A DNA stretch of 64,000 nt from Bacteroidetes bacterium MED-G17. Lineage in GTDB: Bacteria > Bacteroidota > Bacteroidia > NS11-12g > UBA9320. The stretch covers positions 91,666 through 155,665 of the forward strand of contig NTKK01000004.1 of assembly GCA_002457675.1 (NCBI GenBank), read 5' to 3'. The notes beneath the pieces are model-generated. The model saw only the letters and a list, made by a program, of their open reading frames with translations. It was not told where the DNA came from and made no database searches. Below, piece after piece: positions 59,098 to 64,000 of the stretch (its first letter is position 1; each line of letters opens with the position of its first letter). The position numbers and the translations under genes are program-made.

Positions 59098-60090
59098 TTG
59101 TTCACTTGGCATTTAGTATTTTCGATTTACATTTTTGTCGCTTTGATAGAGCTCATTGTTGTAGATAAAGTTCATCCAATCTTTTTTCAAAAGCTAAATA
59201 ATTCGAATATGCGTATTCGCGACCTGAGTAGTTTAGAAGATAAGGAGGTGTTAAAAGAATTAGGTGCCTGTAAAATTCTGGTTATACGGAGTAGATTTCA
59301 AGTTAATGCTGATTTTTTAATCCATACGCCTGAATTACGTTTGATTGTCCGGGCAGGCTCAGGACTTGACAATATAGACGAGGAGTTATGTAAAAGAAAA
59401 GGTATAAGTTGCTTGAATACGCCTGAGGGAAATAGAGATGCTGTTGCTGAACATACTTTATCATTAATTTTAGCTTTACATACAAAAATTGTATTGGCAA
59501 ATAGCCAAATAAAAGAAGGAATCTGGGATCGTGAAGGGAATAGAGGGCAAGAGATTAATGGAAAAACACTAGGCATTGTTGGTTACGGCAATTGTGGTTC
59601 TGTCTTGGCAAAAAAAGTGAGCGGATTAGGCATGCAAGTAGTTGCATATGATAAATACCTCACGAAATTCTCGAACAAGTATGCCAAAAAAGTCTCTTTG
59701 CAAGAGTTACAAGAATTTTCAGACATCGTTAGCGTGCACATTCCATTTAATCATCAAAATAAATATTTCATCAACAAAACTTTTTTAACTGGTTTTAAGA
59801 AATCGATTGTTTTATTAAACCTATCGAGAGGAAAAATCATGGATACGGATCATGTGATTGAAGCTTTGAATAATGGTAAAATAAAGGCATTTGCGAGTGA
59901 TGTGTTGGAAAATGAAGCATTTTCTACTTATAGTCCCTATGAAAGCAAACAAATTAACGAGCTTAGATCAAACCAAAATGTGCTACTTACACCGCATGTT
60001 GCAGGCTGGACAGTCGAATCCTTCCAAAAAATTGCAAGACTGTTGGCTATCAAGATATTGTTATATCTACAAAACATTGAAAAGAATTGA
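59098..60090 (+). CDS. D-isomer-specific 2-hydroxyacid dehydrogenase (phosphoglycerate-dehydrogenase-like)
   Basis: NAD-binding GYGNCGSVLAKK, RAGSGLDNID, and a catalytic HVAGWT context. The annotated ATG gives an unusual hydrophobic N-terminus. A TTG at 59143 giving (M)IELIVVDKVHP... matches family N-termini better. Confidence 0.8.
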   Translation: MFTWHLVFSIYIFVALIELIVVDKVHPIFFQKLNNSNMRIRDLSSLEDKEVLKELGACKILVIRSRFQVNADFLIHTPELRLIVRAGSGLDNIDEELCKRKGISCLNTPEGNRDAVAEHTLSLILALHTKIVLANSQIKEGIWDREGNRGQEINGKTLGIVGYGNCGSVLAKKVSGLGMQVVAYDKYLTKFSNKYAKKVSLQELQEFSDIVSVHIPFNHQNKYFINKTFLTGFKKSIVLLNLSRGKIMDTDHVIEALNNGKIKAFASDVLENEAFSTYSPYESKQINELRSNQNVLLTPHVAGWTVESFQKIARLLAIKILLYLQNIEKN

Positions 60091-60188
60091 ATTAAATTAT
60101 ACCTTCACTACTTAAATAAATAGAAAATCCCTTGAAATTTACGTTTTTTAAAGCAATTATTGAATAATCATTACCATTAGCGAAGTTT

Positions 60189-63100
60189 ATGTTTAAGAAA
60201 TTTATATCCGTTTCTTTCTTATCACTTTTAGGTATGCTTGCCTTTGGGCAATCGAACTTTGGGGAAATTAGAGGAAAAATAGTAGATGCCACCAACAAAC
60301 AACCTTTAGACTACGCAGAAATCGTGGTAAAAAAAGATGGCATATCAAAAGGAGGCGCAATTAGTGATGAGCAAGGTAATTATTACATAAAAGCACTAGA
60401 GCCTGGCAACTACTCGATAGAAGCATTCTATCAGGGTTTTAGCAACTATAAAGCAACGGGAATTGAAGTTAACTCAGATAGAATTTCTTTTTGGAACATA
60501 CAAATGCCCAAGTCAGAGACCGGTCAACAGTTAAAAACATTTATTGTAAAATCTGGAAAACCGCTTGTTAATAAGGACAAGAACCAAAAGACCTTAAACA
60601 GTGCAGATATCAAAAAATTGCCGGTTCGAGGCGCTGGAGCAATCGCATTAACAGCTTCAGGAGTAAATAGAAGCGCAGGAGGTGGGATTTCCTTTTCAGG
60701 ACAAAGAACAGACGGTACAGCTGTATTCATTGATGGTGTGAGAGTAATTGGAACCTCAAGCGTAACCCAAGCTTCTCAAGGACAAATTGACATTATCCAA
60801 TCTGGTGTCCCAGCCCAATACGGAGATTTTACCGGTGGTGCAATTAGTATAACTACGAAAGGACCTACAAGAAGTTTTCAAAAAAGCTTAGAAGTTATTT
60901 CTTCTAGTCCTTTTGATCCTTACCATTACAACCTTATTGAAGGTTCAATGAGCGGGCCTTTGATTATCAAAAATAAGGGTGGTGGAAAAGATGAATTTGT
61001 TCGACTTGGTTACAACTTTGCTGGACAGATTAATTACAGAAACGATCCTAGACCTGTTGTTGGTGGAGGCTTGTATATTCTGAAAGATGATGCACTGCGA
61101 AATATTGAACAGAATCCTTTAACATTCAACCCTGTTGGTGGTGGATTTATTCCCAGTTCATCCTTTTTAACAGCCAATGACTTAGAGCAAAGACCAGCTT
61201 CAGTAAATAGAGATCAACTTTCTGCAATCGGCCAAGCAAAACTTGAATACCAACCCAACAAAAACACAACCATTTCATTGTACGGAAGTTACAACCACTC
61301 AGACGGATACAATTTCTCAAGAAGTCAATACTTAATGAATTATAACAACTTTTCAAAAGCTGTTAATCAAACCTACAGAACCTACGTAAAATTCACCCAA
61401 AGGTTAAATAGTTCTAGTGAATATAAAGATAAAAAAGAAGAAAAACCTTTAATAACTGATGCTTTCTATACCATTCGATTAGATTACCAACACCAGTTAG
61501 AAAGGGATTTTAACGAACGTCATGGAGAAAATTTATTTCAATATGGTCACGTTGGAAAATTTACCACATACAGCAGACCAGATTACAGATTTATTAGAGA
61601 TGCAACAACATTTATTGATCAAAATGGTGATACAGTCGTAAGACAAGGTTTTTATGAAAGACAGCGAGATGATGTGGATACACTTATTACCTATCAAGCA
61701 AGCGATTACAACCCATTAAGAGCCAATTACAATAAATACCTTTTTGATAATTCCTCATTATTTGGTTTTGATTTTCAAAATATCTCACAAATACAACAAT
61801 TTCAAGGTATCTTGAATGGCAGAGATGTACCTATTACATATTCTCTTTGGTTTAATCCAGGAAGTGGTAATAACTCCTACTCAAGATTGAATTTTGAACG
61901 ATTTTCTGCTTATGCAATAGGTGAAGCTAGTTTGAATTTCAAAAACCGCCATGATATTCAATTCGGACTTTATTATGAGCAGAGTTTCACCAGCAGATGG
62001 GCTGTAGGTGCTTCAGGACTATGGGTATTAATGGATCAGTTGGCAAATCAACATTTAGAAAATCTAGAAAAAACAGAATCTAATGGAATCGTTTATGGTG
62101 GAATCCACAGCTATGACCAAAACGGTATTTTTAAAGATACCATAGATTATGCTAGACGGATAGATAAAGGTAAACAGAAGGTATTTGACCAAAGATTGCG
62201 AAATTTCTTGATCAACAGCAATGCCAAAGATGTTTATGGACGTCCTATAACCGAAAGTAGCGACATTGATATCAACTCCTTGGACCCATCCACTTTTTCT
62301 ATAGACATGTTCAGTGCTGATGAACTTTGGAATCAAGGACAGTCCTACATAAGCTATTATGGTTATGACTATAAAGGTAACAAAACATATAAAAAATTTA
62401 GTATAGAAGATTTCCTAAATGATTCTTTAATGCGGCCTCAAGGTGCTTTCGCCCCTATTTACTCAGCAGCCTGGATTCAAGACAAGTTTGCTTTTAAAGA
62501 CCTTATTCTAAGAGTTGGTGTTCGAGTAGAGCGTTATGATGCCAATCAACCCGTTTTAAATGACCCATTCGGTTTATACCCCATGCAAACTGCATCCGAA
62601 ATATCAAGAATAAAGGGTATCGCAGTTAATCACCCTGACAACATCGGGGGAGATTATGTTGTTTATGGCGACAATACCAAAAACCAAACACGAATTTTAG
62701 GTTACAGAAAAGATAATCAGTGGTACGACGCCAATGGATTAGAAATAGACAACCCTGAACTAATTGCCAAAGAGACAGCCAGTGGACAAATGGAGCCCTT
62801 TTTGGTAGATCCAGAAAATGATGACGTTATTCCTCAATCATTCAAAGACTACGAACCTGCAATCAATGTTCTCCCAAGAATTTGGTTCTCCTTTCCAATC
62901 AATAAAGAAGCACAGTTTTTCGCCAATTATGATGTTCTTGCACAAAGACCGAACAACGTTTTCGTCCCAACTAGCACCTTCTTCTTTTTAGAACAATTAC
63001 AAGGTGGGACAATTAACAACGCAGCCATTTTGCCAAGAGTTAGAACAAATTTCGAGCTAGGTTTTAAGCAACAACTCTCGGATAATTCAGCTTTAAGTCT

Positions 63101-63953
63101 TATCGCTGCTTATGCAGAAACCAAAAATGATTTTGGTTTGATAAGATTGTATGGCGCATATCCAATTGAATATAACCATACAGCAAATATTGATTTTTCA
63201 ACAACAAAACAATTCAGGTTAGAATACGAACTTCGGGCAGATGAAGATTCCCGGACATCTATGCAAGCAAACTACACCCTTCTTTTTGCCGATGGTACTG
63301 GGTCGAATATCAACTCACAAGCAGCATTGATCGCGGCAAACCAGCCTAATTTAAGAAGCCTGTATCCACTTGATGTGGATTTTAGACACAACGTTACAGC
63401 GACTATTGATTACCGATTCAAAAATGGAAAATCTTACACAGGCCCAATTGTGGGTAAAAAAGGGAAGCCAATATTTGAAAATTTTGGTGGATCATTCATC
63501 GTTAGGGCTAGATCAGGTGGCCCTTATACACGCAATGCACAGGTAACAGGTGAAGCATTAGAAGGAGTTGCCCAAAGATCACAAATACTTGGTAATCCAT
63601 TTGGATCAAGGCTGCCTTGGCAATTTACTGCTGATATGAACCTATCAAAAACATTCCGAATTGAGAAAGGCAATACTAAAGACAAGTTTCACAACCCATT
63701 TGTGAACCTAACTGCCTATCTATGGGTACAAAATTTGTTCAATCAAAAGATAATCAATAGCGTTTACAGATTTACAGGTCTTCCAGAAGATGATGGATTT
63801 CTTAATTCTGAACAAGGGCAACAATTTTTACAACAACAAATAGACCAAAGACAACAAACAGCCTTGGTTGATTTATATAATGCCAAAGTTCAAAACCCAT
63901 TCAACTACTTGACGCCAAGACAAATAAGACTAGGAATTAGATTAAACTTTTAA
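60189..63953 (+). CDS. Large TonB-dependent-receptor-like outer-membrane protein with an N-terminal carboxypeptidase-regulatory-like domain
   Basis: 1254 aa. Signal peptide. CarboxypepD_reg-like N-terminus (GKIVDATNKQPLDYAEIVV...GNYYI), a plug-like region (SGVPAQYGDFTGGAISITTK), and a long beta-barrel ending ...RLGIRLNF. Confidence 0.7.
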   Translation: MFKKFISVSFLSLLGMLAFGQSNFGEIRGKIVDATNKQPLDYAEIVVKKDGISKGGAISDEQGNYYIKALEPGNYSIEAFYQGFSNYKATGIEVNSDRISFWNIQMPKSETGQQLKTFIVKSGKPLVNKDKNQKTLNSADIKKLPVRGAGAIALTASGVNRSAGGGISFSGQRTDGTAVFIDGVRVIGTSSVTQASQGQIDIIQSGVPAQYGDFTGGAISITTKGPTRSFQKSLEVISSSPFDPYHYNLIEGSMSGPLIIKNKGGGKDEFVRLGYNFAGQINYRNDPRPVVGGGLYILKDDALRNIEQNPLTFNPVGGGFIPSSSFLTANDLEQRPASVNRDQLSAIGQAKLEYQPNKNTTISLYGSYNHSDGYNFSRSQYLMNYNNFSKAVNQTYRTYVKFTQRLNSSSEYKDKKEEKPLITDAFYTIRLDYQHQLERDFNERHGENLFQYGHVGKFTTYSRPDYRFIRDATTFIDQNGDTVVRQGFYERQRDDVDTLITYQASDYNPLRANYNKYLFDNSSLFGFDFQNISQIQQFQGILNGRDVPITYSLWFNPGSGNNSYSRLNFERFSAYAIGEASLNFKNRHDIQFGLYYEQSFTSRWAVGASGLWVLMDQLANQHLENLEKTESNGIVYGGIHSYDQNGIFKDTIDYARRIDKGKQKVFDQRLRNFLINSNAKDVYGRPITESSDIDINSLDPSTFSIDMFSADELWNQGQSYISYYGYDYKGNKTYKKFSIEDFLNDSLMRPQGAFAPIYSAAWIQDKFAFKDLILRVGVRVERYDANQPVLNDPFGLYPMQTASEISRIKGIAVNHPDNIGGDYVVYGDNTKNQTRILGYRKDNQWYDANGLEIDNPELIAKETASGQMEPFLVDPENDDVIPQSFKDYEPAINVLPRIWFSFPINKEAQFFANYDVLAQRPNNVFVPTSTFFFLEQLQGGTINNAAILPRVRTNFELGFKQQLSDNSALSLIAAYAETKNDFGLIRLYGAYPIEYNHTANIDFSTTKQFRLEYELRADEDSRTSMQANYTLLFADGTGSNINSQAALIAANQPNLRSLYPLDVDFRHNVTATIDYRFKNGKSYTGPIVGKKGKPIFENFGGSFIVRARSGGPYTRNAQVTGEALEGVAQRSQILGNPFGSRLPWQFTADMNLSKTFRIEKGNTKDKFHNPFVNLTAYLWVQNLFNQKIINSVYRFTGLPEDDGFLNSEQGQQFLQQQIDQRQQTALVDLYNAKVQNPFNYLTPRQIRLGIRLNF

Positions 63954-63958
63954 GAACA

Positions 63959-64000
63959 TGAAATATTCAATAAGCCTCATTGCCTTATTACTTACCGTTT
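63959..64000 (+). CDS. Start of a secreted-protein gene (truncated by the window end)
   Basis: ATG followed by MKYSISLIALLLTV..., which is signal-peptide-like. Only 14 codons are visible. Confidence 0.3.

Overview
Low-GC (~35%) bacterial chromosome segment that looks like phylum Bacteroidota (Flavobacteriia/Cytophagia-like). The evidence for that placement is several proteins with type IX secretion (T9SS) C-terminal sorting domains, an exbB-exbD-tonB cluster, many SusC/TonB-type outer-membrane proteins, and no Shine-Dalgarno sequences. The window is densely packed, almost entirely with core housekeeping genes. These are recA, exbB-exbD-tonB-folC-rnhA, dinB, purD, secA, mgsA, tig-clpP-clpX, prfC, a cyclophilin, dnaN, valS, aspS, tgt, ubiE, engB, a tolC-RND efflux operon, uvrC, and two LptF/LptG-family permeases. 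There are four tRNA genes: His-GTG, Met-CAT, Leu-CAA and Leu-TAG. I found no CRISPR array, integrase, transposase or obvious defense system. The only clearly accessory or variable region is a ~2.3 kb locus between tRNA-Met and tRNA-Leu(CAA) (20196-22536). It holds a family of 75-bp direct repeats with an internal inverted repeat, a decayed tRNA-like remnant, a T9SS-secreted esterase, and remnants of two unrelated genes. Other uncharacterised modules worth follow-up are an outer-membrane protein / HU-like-domain protein unit fused head-to-tail to exbB-exbD-tonB (1672-5888), a purD-linked small-ORF / membrane zinc-peptidase / CXXC-less thioredoxin-fold lipoprotein cluster (12562-14736), and a DUF1501/DUF1800 pair (39191-42383). 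All protein identifications come from reading the supplied translations and recognising motifs. No database search was possible.
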